A stretch of 64,000 nt of DNA from Prevotella sp. Its GTDB lineage: Bacteria > Bacteroidota > Bacteroidia > Bacteroidales > Bacteroidaceae. Below, piece by piece: positions 1 to 9,470 of this stretch (the first letter of the stretch is position 1; every line of letters starts with the position of its first letter). Location: NCBI GenBank assembly GCA_024688365.1, contig JAILEG010000041.1:1108-65107 (forward strand), in the 5' to 3' direction. A program made the position numbers and the translations under genes. Under the pieces are notes generated by a model. That model saw only the letters and a list, made by a program, of their open reading frames with translations, ran no database searches and was not told the origin of the DNA.

Positions 1-1
1 G

Positions 2-571
2 ATGGCATGGACAACAATATTGAAGGAGACTTATCCAGATGATGCCCTGCTGCCCGAGATGGATAAGGATGTCAGGCGGCTGCAGCTGATTGCCGACCGT
101 TTCTCCAAGATCGGTTCAATTCCCGAGCCTGTTCCCGCCAGTCTTAATGAGGTGTTAGGCCATGTTGTCGAATATATGGACCGCCGCACCTCCAGAAAGG
201 TGCAGATAATCATGGATGTTCCCGACCATGACATCATAATCAAGATGAACGTCTCACTCTTTGAATGGGTCATAGAAAACCTCTGCAAGAATGCTGTTGA
301 TGCAATGGGAGGAGAGTCAGGCAAGATAACGCTTCGGCTGGATGAGACGGACAGGCGCGCGGTCGTTGAGGTGGAGGATACGGGCAAGGGAATCCGTAAG
401 AAGGATATTGGAAACGTGTTCCGTCCTGGCTTCACGACGAAGAAGCGTGGCTGGGGACTGGGTCTGAGCCTTGCCAAACGCATTGTTGAGGAATATCACA
501 GGGGCAGAATCTTTGTGAAAAGCTCAGAGGTAGGCCGGGGGACCACATTCCGCATTGAGCTGAGGAAGTAA
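2..571 (+). CDS. Sensor histidine kinase, C-terminal HATPase_c part (5'-truncated by window edge)
   Basis: N-box (ENLCKNAVDA), G1 (VEDTGKGI), F-box (VFRPGFTTK) and G2 (GWGLGL) motifs. Confidence 0.9.
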   Translation: MAWTTILKETYPDDALLPEMDKDVRRLQLIADRFSKIGSIPEPVPASLNEVLGHVVEYMDRRTSRKVQIIMDVPDHDIIIKMNVSLFEWVIENLCKNAVDAMGGESGKITLRLDETDRRAVVEVEDTGKGIRKKDIGNVFRPGFTTKKRGWGLGLSLAKRIVEEYHRGRIFVKSSEVGRGTTFRIELRK

Positions 572-765
572 GAAGGTGAGGCAAGTCAGCTGATCTGTAT
601 TCTGATGCGGCTATGTATGTGGAGCTGTTCAAGGCTACGTTCCTTAGAAATCTGGCCCCAGATACATGGCACTATTAATCATGTTGATAAGATAAGGGAC
701 CCTTCCCCCATCTCCCAATACACACTTTTTTACTTATAATTTGCTTATAATCAGAAAAATATTCG

Positions 766-773
766 TAACTTTG
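766..773 (+). promoter_or_regulatory. Bacteroidetes -7 promoter box (TAACTTTG) of the yceD-rpmF-fabH operon
   Basis: TAnnTTTG consensus with TTTG at 740-743; only 10 nt before the ATG at 784. Confidence 0.6.
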
Positions 774-783
774 CAACCCGATT

Positions 784-1302
784 ATGGACTTGGAAACCCT
801 TAAAATTGATTTGAAGGGTCTGGAAGAAGGTGCTAATCACCTTGAGTTCGACCTGGATGACGCTTACTTTAAGGCAGTTGACGCTCCTGAAGTGAGCCAG
901 GGAAGTGTGCATGTGTCGCTTGACATCGTGCGCACGGGAGATGACTTCTTCACCCTGGACTTCCATGAGGCAGGTACGGTGGCAGTGCCCTGTGACATCT
1001 GCCTCGAGCCAATGGAGCAGCCCATAGAGACCACGCAGCGTCTCGAAGCAAGATTAGGAAACGAAGACTCAGAAGAGGATGACCTTGTGACGGTGGCCGA
1101 GGACGAAGGAATACTCGATGTCACATGGTATCTCTACGAATTCATCGTCCTCGCAATCCCTGTCAGGCATGTGCATGCACCTGGAAAATGCAACCCTGCC
1201 ATGATACGAGCTCTTGAAGAGTACTCTGCCGCCCGAAGCGGTCAGGAAGACGAGCAGGCAATGGATCCGCGCTGGGAAGCTCTATTAAAATTGAAAGAAT
1301 AA
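784..1302 (+). CDS. YceD/DUF177 family protein
   Basis: CDICLEP motif, C-terminal DPRWEAL, classic position upstream of rpmF. Confidence 0.9.
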   Translation: MDLETLKIDLKGLEEGANHLEFDLDDAYFKAVDAPEVSQGSVHVSLDIVRTGDDFFTLDFHEAGTVAVPCDICLEPMEQPIETTQRLEARLGNEDSEEDDLVTVAEDEGILDVTWYLYEFIVLAIPVRHVHAPGKCNPAMIRALEEYSAARSGQEDEQAMDPRWEALLKLKE

Positions 1303-1324
1303 AATATTAAAAGATTAAAGAATT

Positions 1325-1510
1325 ATGGCACATCCAAAAAGAAGACAGTCAAAGACTCGTACACTCAAGAGAAGAACTCACGATAAGGCAGTAGCTCCAA
1401 CGCTGGCAGTATGCCCTAACTGTGGTGCTTACTACGTTTACCACACTGTTTGCCCAACTTGTGGGTACTATCGTGGCAAGGTGGCTGTCGTAAAGGAAAC
1501 AGCTGAATAA
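1325..1510 (+). CDS. rpmF: 50S ribosomal protein L32
   Basis: MAHPKRRQSKTR start, CPNC...CPTCGYYRG zinc ribbon. Confidence 0.97.
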   Translation: MAHPKRRQSKTRTLKRRTHDKAVAPTLAVCPNCGAYYVYHTVCPTCGYYRGKVAVVKETAE

Positions 1511-2529
1511 TGAGCAACATCAATGCGATCATAACAGGTGTCGCAGGATACGTGCCTGACTACGTTCTCAACAACGAGGAACTGTCACGCATGGTTGATA
1601 CCAATGATGAGTGGATTACCACACGTACCGGTATCAAAGAGCGCCGTATCCTCACAGAGGAAGGGCTCGGCACATCCTACATGGCGCGCAAGGCGGCCAA
1701 GCTCCTGCTGAAGAAGACAGGAGCCGACCCAGACAGCATTGACGCTGTCATCGTTGCCACAACGACACCTGACTATATGCACCCTTCAACGGCTTCCATC
1801 GTCTTGGGCAAGCTTGGTCTGAAGAACGCATTCGCATTTGACTTTTCCGCCGCATGCTGCGGTTTCATGTATGCTTTCGATGTAGCCTGCAACATGATCC
1901 AAAGCGGCAGGCACAAGCGAATCATCGTGATTGGAGCCGACAAGATGTCGTCAATCACTGATTATCGTGACCGTGCCACATGCCCTCTCTTCGGTGATGG
2001 GGCAGGTGCCGTGATGGTAGAAGGCACTGAGGAGGAGAACATCGGGCTGATTGACTCCTATCACCGCACAGATGGCAAGGGACTTCCCTTCCTGCACATC
2101 AAGGCAGGTGGTTCTGTCTGTCCGTCATCCCGCTTCACAGTCGACCATCGTCTGCATTACACTTATCAGGAGGGACGCACCGTCTTCCGCTATGCTGTCA
2201 CGGCAATGGGCGATGACTGTGCGACACTGCTGGAGCGCAATGGGCTGACACAGGACGACATAGACTATGTTGTCTGTCATCAGGCTAACCTCCGCATCAT
2301 CGAGGCTGTTGCCAAGCGGATTGGCGTGCCGATGGAGAAGGTACTGGTCAACATCCAGCGATATGGAAACACCAGTGCGGCCTGTATGCCGCTCGTGCTA
2401 TGGGATTTCGAGTCTCAGCTGAAGAAAGGCGACAACCTTATCTTCACGGCATTCGGGGCGGGTTTCGTCAATGGAGCGTCCTATTACAAATGGGCCTATG
2501 ACGGAGCTTCTGCAGCGGTTAAGAAATAA
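1510..2529 (+). CDS. fabH: Beta-ketoacyl-ACP synthase III
   Basis: DEWITTRTGIKERR, AAC catalytic Cys, HQAN and GNTSAA motifs. Confidence 0.97.
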   Translation: MSNINAIITGVAGYVPDYVLNNEELSRMVDTNDEWITTRTGIKERRILTEEGLGTSYMARKAAKLLLKKTGADPDSIDAVIVATTTPDYMHPSTASIVLGKLGLKNAFAFDFSAACCGFMYAFDVACNMIQSGRHKRIIVIGADKMSSITDYRDRATCPLFGDGAGAVMVEGTEEENIGLIDSYHRTDGKGLPFLHIKAGGSVCPSSRFTVDHRLHYTYQEGRTVFRYAVTAMGDDCATLLERNGLTQDDIDYVVCHQANLRIIEAVAKRIGVPMEKVLVNIQRYGNTSAACMPLVLWDFESQLKKGDNLIFTAFGAGFVNGASYYKWAYDGASAAVKK

Positions 2530-2550
2530 AGACTCCAAGTTATCATAAAC

Positions 2551-2596
2551 AAAAAAACGCATCTTTCTTTTCCAACAAGATAGGTGCGTTTTTTTG
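2551..2596 (+). terminator. Probable intrinsic terminator after fabH
   Basis: AAAAAAACGCATCT...AGGTGCGTTTTTTT inverted repeat with T-run. Confidence 0.6.
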
Positions 2597-2675
2597 TTGC
2601 AAATCAACAATAACAAGCAAAACATCACTTCAAACCCTCTTTCCTTTGGGAGGAGGCGAAAGTAGGGAAACAACA

Positions 2676-3557
2676 ATGCATAAGGCAGGATTTGTTAATA
2701 TCGTCGGCAACCCGAATGTCGGGAAGAGTACACTGATGAATCAGCTCGTCGGTGAGAAGCTCAGTATTGCCACGTTCAAGGCGCAGACAACGCGCCATCG
2801 CATCATGGGGATTGTCAATACGGAGAACTCCCAGATAGTCTTCTCCGATACGCCAGGGGTGCTGAAGCCAAACTATAAGATGCAGGAGATGATGCTCCAG
2901 TTCTCAGAGTCAGCCCTGGCTGATGCCGACATCCTGCTCTATGTGACGGATGTCATCGAGGACCCGGAGAAGAACATGGACTTCCTTGAGAAAGTCTCAA
3001 AGATGTCTATCCCGGTGATTCTCCTGATCAACAAGATTGATGAGAGCGACCAGAAGAAGCTCGTTGCGCTCGTTGAGAAATGGCACAGCCTGCTGCCTGA
3101 TGCTGAGATACTCCCCATCTCAGCCAAGAACAAGTTCGGCACCGATATCCTCATGAAGCGTATCCATGAGCTGTTGCCGGAGAGCCCGGCTTTCTTCGAC
3201 AAGGACCAGCTGACCGACAAGCCTGCCAAGTTCTTCGTCTCTGAGATTATCCGTGAGAAGATTCTCCGTTATTATGACAAGGAGATTCCTTATTCTGTCG
3301 AGGTTGTCATTGAGCGTTTCAAGGAGGACGACCGTCAGATTCACATCAATGCCGTCATCTATGTGGAGCGCAGCAGTCAGAAGGGCATCATCATCGGCCA
3401 TCAGGGCCAGGCACTGAAGAAGGTGTCTACCGAGGCCCGCAAGAGCCTTGAGCGTTTCTTCGACAAGAAAATCTTTCTGGAGACCTTCGTGAAGGTGGAT
3501 AAGGACTGGCGCAACTCGCAGAAGGAACTGAATAACTTTGGGTATAATCCAGAATAG
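2676..3557 (+). CDS. era: GTPase Era (start moved to ATG 2676)
   Basis: GNPNVGKS, QTTR, DTPG, NKID motifs and KH domain (SQKGIIIGHQG). Confidence 0.97.
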   Translation: MHKAGFVNIVGNPNVGKSTLMNQLVGEKLSIATFKAQTTRHRIMGIVNTENSQIVFSDTPGVLKPNYKMQEMMLQFSESALADADILLYVTDVIEDPEKNMDFLEKVSKMSIPVILLINKIDESDQKKLVALVEKWHSLLPDAEILPISAKNKFGTDILMKRIHELLPESPAFFDKDQLTDKPAKFFVSEIIREKILRYYDKEIPYSVEVVIERFKEDDRQIHINAVIYVERSSQKGIIIGHQGQALKKVSTEARKSLERFFDKKIFLETFVKVDKDWRNSQKELNNFGYNPE

Positions 3558-3565
3558 GGAGAAAC

Positions 3566-3710
3566 AAAAGGGAGGGGAGTAAGCAGCGGGATACCCCTGT
3601 GGGCTTCAACGGCTATCATCGCCTATGATTGCCTATGCTCGCCTATGCTCGCCTATGATTGCCTATGATTGCCTATCATTGCCTATGCTCGCCTATCATC
3701 GCTTATCGCT
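3566..3710 (+). repeat. Intergenic repeat family A, copy 1: 45-bp conserved block plus ten tandem 10-bp units (GCCTAT(G/C)(A/C)T(C/T))
   Basis: 3566-3610 matches the reverse complement of 12136-12180 at 44/45 nt; 10-mer array at 3611-3710. Confidence 0.9.
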
Positions 3711-3880
3711 GACACATGCCCTGACTGTTTAGTAGGGCGCACTCTCGCATGCTGCGAGGGCTGGGGAATGGTCATCCTCGGCAAATATTCATCGGATGCC
3801 TGACCACATCCGGAGCCTTCATCCGGCACGCAGAACGGCGTGAGCCTGTGCTGGTGGGGGGAAAGACCAATTTTCATAAA

Positions 3881-5194
3881 ATGGCAAATTTAGTAGCTAT
3901 CGTGGGACGCCCTAACGTGGGTAAGTCCACACTTTTCAACCGATTGACCCAGACCCGTCATGCCATCGTAAGCGACACGGCTGGTACGACACGCGACCGC
4001 CAGTATGGCAAGTGCCAGTGGAACGGACGCGAGTTCTCCGTTGTCGACACAGGCGGCTGGGTAGTCAAGTCTGATGATATTTTTGAGGATGCCATCCGCA
4101 AGCAGGTCCTTGTGGCGACTGAGGAGGCCGACCTTGTCCTCTTCCTCGTTGATACCGAGACGGGTGTCACCGACTGGGACGAGGACGTGGCGATGATTCT
4201 GCGCCGCACGAAGCTCCCTGTCATCCTTGTGGCCAACAAGGTCGACAACAGTGGTGAGTACTACCAGGCTGCCGAGTTCTACAAGCTCGGGCTGGGCGAC
4301 CCCGTCTGCATCAGTGCTGCCACTGGTGGCGGTACAGGCGACCTGCTCGACCTGCTTCTTGAGAAGCTGGCCGATGCGCCTGATGAGGGTATCGAGGAGG
4401 AGATTCCCCGCTTTGCTGTCGTTGGCCGTCCTAATGCGGGCAAGTCAAGCATCATCAATGCCTTCATCGGCGAGGACCGCAACATCGTGACCGAGATTGC
4501 CGGTACCACCCGTGACAGCATCTACACCCGTTACAACAAGTTCGGCTTCGACTTCTACCTCGTTGACACCGCCGGCATCCGCCGTAAGAACAAGGTGACT
4601 GAGGACCTGGAGTTCTACAGCGTCATGCGTTCCATCCGCAGCATCGAGAACTCGGACGTCTGCATCCTCATGCTTGATGCCACCCGTGGCATCGAGGCAC
4701 AGGACATGAATATCTTCCAGCTCATCCAGCGCAACAACAAGAGCCTCGTGGTGGTGGTCAACAAGTGGGACCTGGTGGAGAACAAGGACCAGAAGGTCAT
4801 CAGCACCTTCGAGAATGCCATCCGCCAGCGCATGGCACCGTTTGTCGACTTCCCCATCATCTTTGCCTCCGCACTGACCAAGCAGCGCATCTTCAAGGTG
4901 TTGGAGACCGCCAAGGAGGTGTATCAGAACCGCAAGATCCACATTGGCACGACGAAGCTGAACGAGGTGATGCTGCCGATCATCGAGGCAACGCCGCCAC
5001 AGTCGGTCAAGGGCAAGTACATCAAGATCAAGTACTGCTCACAGTTGCCTAATACGCAGATACCCTCCTTCGTGTTCTATGCCAACCTGCCGCAGTACGT
5101 CAAGGAGCAGTACCGCCGTTTCCTGGAGAACAAGATCAGGGAGAACTGGCAGCTGCACGGATGTCCCATCAATGTCTTCATCCGTCAGAAGTAA
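3881..5194 (+). CDS. der: Ribosome biogenesis GTPase Der (EngA); start moved to ATG 3881
   Basis: Two tandem G domains ([16 protein letters not shown]; DTGG/DTAG; NKVD/NKWD). Confidence 0.97.
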   Translation: MANLVAIVGRPNVGKSTLFNRLTQTRHAIVSDTAGTTRDRQYGKCQWNGREFSVVDTGGWVVKSDDIFEDAIRKQVLVATEEADLVLFLVDTETGVTDWDEDVAMILRRTKLPVILVANKVDNSGEYYQAAEFYKLGLGDPVCISAATGGGTGDLLDLLLEKLADAPDEGIEEEIPRFAVVGRPNAGKSSIINAFIGEDRNIVTEIAGTTRDSIYTRYNKFGFDFYLVDTAGIRRKNKVTEDLEFYSVMRSIRSIENSDVCILMLDATRGIEAQDMNIFQLIQRNNKSLVVVVNKWDLVENKDQKVISTFENAIRQRMAPFVDFPIIFASALTKQRIFKVLETAKEVYQNRKIHIGTTKLNEVMLPIIEATPPQSVKGKYIKIKYCSQLPNTQIPSFVFYANLPQYVKEQYRRFLENKIRENWQLHGCPINVFIRQK

Positions 5195-5209
5195 CGGGAG
5201 CGGCTGCGT

Positions 5210-5614
5210 ATGAAGAGCATCATTCTTACCCTTCTCCTTGCGGTCACAGTGCTGCTGGCAGCCTGCGGCAGCGGGAAGAAGGATATTGACCAAGGAGAGC
5301 TGGCGGCACGTGCCGCCAAGCTCTATTATGAGCAGCTGCTGGAAGGGAAGTATGAGGCCTTCCTTGAGGGCGAGAACCGCCCTGACAGTCTGCCTGACGG
5401 CTACAAGGGACAGCTTCTGCTGAATCTCCGCCAGTTCGTTGCCCAGCAGGACAGTCTGCACCGTGGCATCGACTCCATCTCCATCGCCTCCTCCGTATTC
5501 TCCGCCAAGGACAGCACGGCCAGTGCCTTTCTTATCTTCCATTATGGTGACAGGACCTCCGAGCAGGTGGTCGTGCCGATGGTGAAGAAGAAGGGAGTGT
5601 GGATGATGAGATAA
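5210..5614 (+). CDS. Hypothetical lipoprotein (possibly DUF4878/NTF2-like)
   Basis: Lipobox LLAAC; 15 nt after der stop; C-terminal PMVKKKGVWMMR. Confidence 0.7.
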   Translation: MKSIILTLLLAVTVLLAACGSGKKDIDQGELAARAAKLYYEQLLEGKYEAFLEGENRPDSLPDGYKGQLLLNLRQFVAQQDSLHRGIDSISIASSVFSAKDSTASAFLIFHYGDRTSEQVVVPMVKKKGVWMMR

Positions 5615-5639
5615 AGACTGGCAGCCTCCCCCAAAAAAC

Positions 5640-5697
5640 AGCCCCACCCCTAACCCCTCCCCGAAAAGGGAGGGGAGGGATAAGCGGGATACCCCCC
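5640..5697 (+). repeat. Intergenic repeat family A, copy 2 (CCCCTCCCCGAAAAGGGAGGGG hairpin plus GCGGGATACCCC)
   Basis: Shares hairpin and GCGGGATACCCC with the reverse complement of ~12150-12203 and with 3566-3598. Confidence 0.8.
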
Positions 5698-5835
5698 TGT
5701 TTTGCATGCGGTGTGGCTGACGTTCTTGGCAAGTGTGGTTCTTATTCTTGACAGATGCTGCCTTGTTCTTGGTGGGTGCAGTTCTTGTCCCTGATGTTGG
5801 GGACTGATGAATCCAAGGACGGAGCATTGCATGAA

Positions 5836-5995
5836 AGGCTGAAAGCCTGTCAGCGTATAGGCTGGGGTGGAGCGGTAGCGGAACCCCAGCAACGGTACGA
5901 AAGAGGGAGATGAACTCCGAAGGAGTGACAGAGTGAGGTACATGCAACATCCATAGGTGTTTTGATGTTCCTGCGCCTGTCACTCTTTCAGAGTT
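5836..5995. repeat. REP/REPIN-like palindromic element without transposase
   Basis: Hairpins AGGCTGAAAGCCT (5836-5848) and GCTGGGGT...ACCCCAGC (5861-5890); 19-bp imperfect inverted repeat 5913-5931 / 5977-5995. Confidence 0.55.
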
Positions 5996-6167
5996 TTTTT
6001 ATGTGCATCGCCTTTTCGTTCTTGTCTTCCCTGCCGTTTTTTTCTTCCTTTGTTTTCTCAGCCATCCGTCTTTGTGCAGCCCTGTGAGGTGCTTGTGCCA
6101 GACGGTTTGCGTGTGGTCAGGCAGTGCCCGGTACGGTCTTGCCATGTCATAGCTGTCCTTTGGCCCA

Positions 6168-6256
6168 GTACCCGGTGCCGGATTACGGCAGTACTTCACG
6201 TGAAGTAGTCGGGTACTTCAGCTGCAATAGTCCGGTACTTCATGTGAAGTATTGCG
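6168..6256 (+). repeat. Intergenic repeat family B, copy 1: three 22-bp units with palindrome TACTTCACGTGAAGTA
   Basis: Units at 6191, 6213 and 6235; homologous arrays at 36275-36340 and 63267-63355. Confidence 0.9.
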
Positions 6257-6386
6257 TGGACATCCTTCCTTTTGCCTTCTTTCCGTGCTGTTTTGCCTTC
6301 AAATAGCCCCTTTCTGAGTGCAATCGATTGCGCTTTTTTTTTCAGGTTCTTATAGATACTATAAGCGTTTTTTTGCAGATAGTCTT

Positions 6387-6394
6387 TACCTTTG
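6387..6394 (+). promoter_or_regulatory. Bacteroidetes -7 box (TACCTTTG) upstream of the 961-aa secreted protein
   Basis: Matches TAnnTTTG in an AT-rich stretch with T9 (6334-6342) and T7 (6368-6374) runs. Confidence 0.55.
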
Positions 6395-6564
6395 CCGTTG
6401 ATGTAAATCAAATGAAACAGTTAGGAGAGTAGCTCAAAAATAATTGACCACAGAGATTGTCATATATTTTACTCTATTTCAGTCATGTCATTTACCTTGG
6501 ATAATAAGGCGGATGGCCTATATGGCTGTATTCTACGGAATTACTTATTAACAAATAGACAATT

Positions 6565-9450
6565 ATGAAACATTTTTCACGCTATTTAGTGGCGTTTTTA
6601 GTCCTATTGATGATTCCGATTGCGGTGTCAGCCCAGAATGCAAAGCTGCATTTTTGGAACGGCTCCACTCCTTCCGTTGAAATAAACCCGGTTATGGGTG
6701 GCTGGACGGGCAGTGGATGGTCACAGGACATCGATGGTGCTGACCTTGCCCCCTACGTAAGTGCTGAGAACAAACTCTACTTCCTGCTAGTTATCGATTA
6801 CAATGGTATTCACTGGTATCATACGTCAGCATCAACCTCAGCGTTTGGCAATGGTACATCGGCCACATTCGACATGACATCCCCTGCCGATGCTTTTGTG
6901 AATATGCCTGTTGACTATCAGAACTATATATTCACGTTCAAGGTGGAGAACTGGACGAATACAGGGAACAGTATAAAGATGACAGTCAGCTGGCGTTCCA
7001 ATGAAAAATATGAATTGCTTACAAGTGGCGGTACATGGAAGGAGGTGACAACGGGTGTGCGTCTGTACGACACTAATTTCCCTATTCAATTGAGAAAAAC
7101 ACTTGGTGGTGGTGCGCAGAGCTATTTCCGGTCGGCATCATCTTCGCTTGCTGATGGCGCAACACTTGCAGCCACACAAGAGACTGATCCCTCTCAGGCG
7201 ACAAGTTATACTACGGCTGAAAGTGACGCAAATGGTTTCATTCTGGATATTACAGCCAGTAGTCTGACACTTCATAAAGTTGGTGAGGCTGATAATTATT
7301 ACTTTGTCAGTCCTGAGCTGACGGGTGGTCAGCGTCTGCCAGCCTTCCGGCTCATTCCTTCCCGCCAGCGTCATGGCGGTGCCCTCTCAACAACCTTGTT
7401 CTCGCTCAATCTGAAAGATGATGTGATCAAAAAGATTCATAGCGACACAATACATTATCATATTGAGAAGGGAGACGGAACGGAAAGTTACCGGCCACAT
7501 CACTCCGGCAACGATAACTATGCCCTTGGTGCTACTGGCACTCTGTCCACCAAAAATAACAATGTGAAGTCACAGACTTATGACGACACTCGCACGAAAG
7601 CTGGTGGCGCATTTGCGAATAACAATTTTGCGCTGGCAACAGGCACAGGTGTCTCCTACACGTGGCTGTTTGACGCTACGGGCACGGCACCCCTCACGAT
7701 AGATATAAATCTGAAGCCCTTGTCGGAGAGCAGCAGCAAGACCTATTATGCCATTGGAAATTATGGCGATGCGCTTGCAACCGCCAACATTCAGCCTTAT
7801 GAGACCTCGGGCCGCACTAAGATGACCCGCCTGCTGTACTACAAGGACAAGCCGGGCATTGGCTTCCCCGATGCAACGACTGATTTTGATGCTGCGCAGA
7901 TGGACAGTGTCATCTATCGTGTGACTGTCCCACGTCCTGATGCCGGATGGGGCGAGCTTTATATGGCCGTGGCTGAGGCAAGCCTTGTGGATGGCTCATC
8001 TGCTGCCAACTGGGGAACGAACTGGGACAAGGTGATCCGTCCGCAGGTGCAGGCCTATGGAACTCCTGCCAGTGGCAGCAATAGTGCGAGCGGCATGGAT
8101 GCTACAGCCCTGGAGGGTGGCATATTCTGGGGAGAGAAGACAAGCAACAAGTCGCAGGCCCTGAACCCACAGCTGACCACCCGTTATGCCAATGCGACAT
8201 CTTACACCTTCTCCATCAACCTCACGACATCTACCTATCGCATCAGTTTCAACACGGAGCAGATGTACATCATGGGCTCATCCGTAGCCGCATCTAACGA
8301 TGGTGCAGAGAATGTGACGGGGGTAGGTTCCATTCCTACGGGCCACAGTGTCTACGCTCTTCCTCTGACATGGGACGGCAGCGAGCAGTGCTTCAAGTAT
8401 ATGAAGGATGGTGTGGAGACGGCTATCGTCATGAATAATGATGCCACCACAGGCAACCGTTTCCGCTTTGTGTATAACAAGGACTTCACCAATCCGTGGT
8501 TCGGTGAGAACTATGACAACACGAAGGTTCATCCGAATATCCCTGTTGACCTCACAGCGTCAGACAAACCGTATACAGCAGCAGCTCCGAGGTATGACAC
8601 GCAGTATGTGAACTATCTGAACACCTACCAGTCAAGTGAGAACAAATACGGAGATCCCACGAAGGATATTAAGTTCCTCCTGCCTCAGAAGAAGGACGGA
8701 ACAGGCTATATTGTCCGTTTCTATATAAAGAAGGTAGGCGATGAGGTGGACTACTTCTACACCATCAACCGCAAAATCTCATTCAATGAGTTCAACTTGA
8801 GTGATGCTCAGAAGCTTGATGGTATGAAATACTACCGTGCTTTCAGCGAGTGGCATGCTTGCAAGTTGCCGAAGGGTGTCAGGATGTACATTGTTACAGC
8901 AACGGATGCTTCCAGCAAGACAGCTACGCTGAAGGAACTTACGGGCTACAATTATATCCCAGCCCGCACAGGTGTCGTCCTCGCTACCAATGAAGCTAAG
9001 AAGATTGGATTCGAGACCTATGCTGAAAATCCGGAGGCTACACTGGCAGAAATGAATATCACCGAGAAGAATATGTTAGTCGCACAGGAGGCTAATGTAG
9101 ACATCCCCACCTCAACGTCAACGGACGATGGAACGAAGTACAACTATATCTTAGGTGTTTACAAGAAACCTGCAGATAGTGAGAACAAATTAGGATTCTA
9201 TCACCCAGCAGCAGGTGTGAAGAGCGGTAGGAATTACAGTTTCCTCCAGGTAAATGACAATATTACCGTAGGTGCCAAGGGCTTTATGTTCTTGTTTGAT
9301 GACAGTGTTGTCAACGGTATCAGTATGGTGGAGGCGGAAGATAACGTGTCTGACGACTCTGCCTACTACAACCTGCAAGGTGTGAAGGTGGATAAACCTA
9401 CCGCTAAGGGTATATATATCCATAACGGAAAGAAATATATTGTAAGATAA
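6565..9450 (+). CDS. Large secreted/surface protein with T9SS-type C-terminal sorting domain, function unknown
   Basis: Signal peptide ending AVSA|Q; Thr/Ser/Gly/Tyr-rich body; C-terminus YYNLQGVKVDKPTAKGIYIHNGKKYIVR fits the YxLxG...GxYIxxGKK CTD pattern. Confidence 0.85.
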   Translation: MKHFSRYLVAFLVLLMIPIAVSAQNAKLHFWNGSTPSVEINPVMGGWTGSGWSQDIDGADLAPYVSAENKLYFLLVIDYNGIHWYHTSASTSAFGNGTSATFDMTSPADAFVNMPVDYQNYIFTFKVENWTNTGNSIKMTVSWRSNEKYELLTSGGTWKEVTTGVRLYDTNFPIQLRKTLGGGAQSYFRSASSSLADGATLAATQETDPSQATSYTTAESDANGFILDITASSLTLHKVGEADNYYFVSPELTGGQRLPAFRLIPSRQRHGGALSTTLFSLNLKDDVIKKIHSDTIHYHIEKGDGTESYRPHHSGNDNYALGATGTLSTKNNNVKSQTYDDTRTKAGGAFANNNFALATGTGVSYTWLFDATGTAPLTIDINLKPLSESSSKTYYAIGNYGDALATANIQPYETSGRTKMTRLLYYKDKPGIGFPDATTDFDAAQMDSVIYRVTVPRPDAGWGELYMAVAEASLVDGSSAANWGTNWDKVIRPQVQAYGTPASGSNSASGMDATALEGGIFWGEKTSNKSQALNPQLTTRYANATSYTFSINLTTSTYRISFNTEQMYIMGSSVAASNDGAENVTGVGSIPTGHSVYALPLTWDGSEQCFKYMKDGVETAIVMNNDATTGNRFRFVYNKDFTNPWFGENYDNTKVHPNIPVDLTASDKPYTAAAPRYDTQYVNYLNTYQSSENKYGDPTKDIKFLLPQKKDGTGYIVRFYIKKVGDEVDYFYTINRKISFNEFNLSDAQKLDGMKYYRAFSEWHACKLPKGVRMYIVTATDASSKTATLKELTGYNYIPARTGVVLATNEAKKIGFETYAENPEATLAEMNITEKNMLVAQEANVDIPTSTSTDDGTKYNYILGVYKKPADSENKLGFYHPAAGVKSGRNYSFLQVNDNITVGAKGFMFLFDDSVVNGISMVEAEDNVSDDSAYYNLQGVKVDKPTAKGIYIHNGKKYIVR

Positions 9451-9470
9451 TTTTCTAAAGCATACATGTG

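Noticed and set aside
3611-3710. 10-bp tandem array as iterons or replication origin
   Set aside because: Inside the era-der operon, attached to a dispersed repeat, with no rep gene or AT-rich unwinding region
2646-3880. N-terminal extensions in the ORF track for era and der (also asd, asnS, tcdA, tig, glycine--tRNA ligase, HU-like)
   Set aside because: Downstream ATGs with AT-rich leaders match the family N-termini; extensions run through promoters or repeats
5039-5983. 314-aa minus-strand ORF across der end, lipoprotein and repeats
   Set aside because: Overlaps two real genes in antisense and translates repeat hairpins (LPSLFGEGLGVG); no domain signal
6168-6256. 22-bp palindromic arrays as a possible mini-CRISPR
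   Set aside because: Units abut without unique spacers, the same middle unit recurs in all copies, and there are no cas genes
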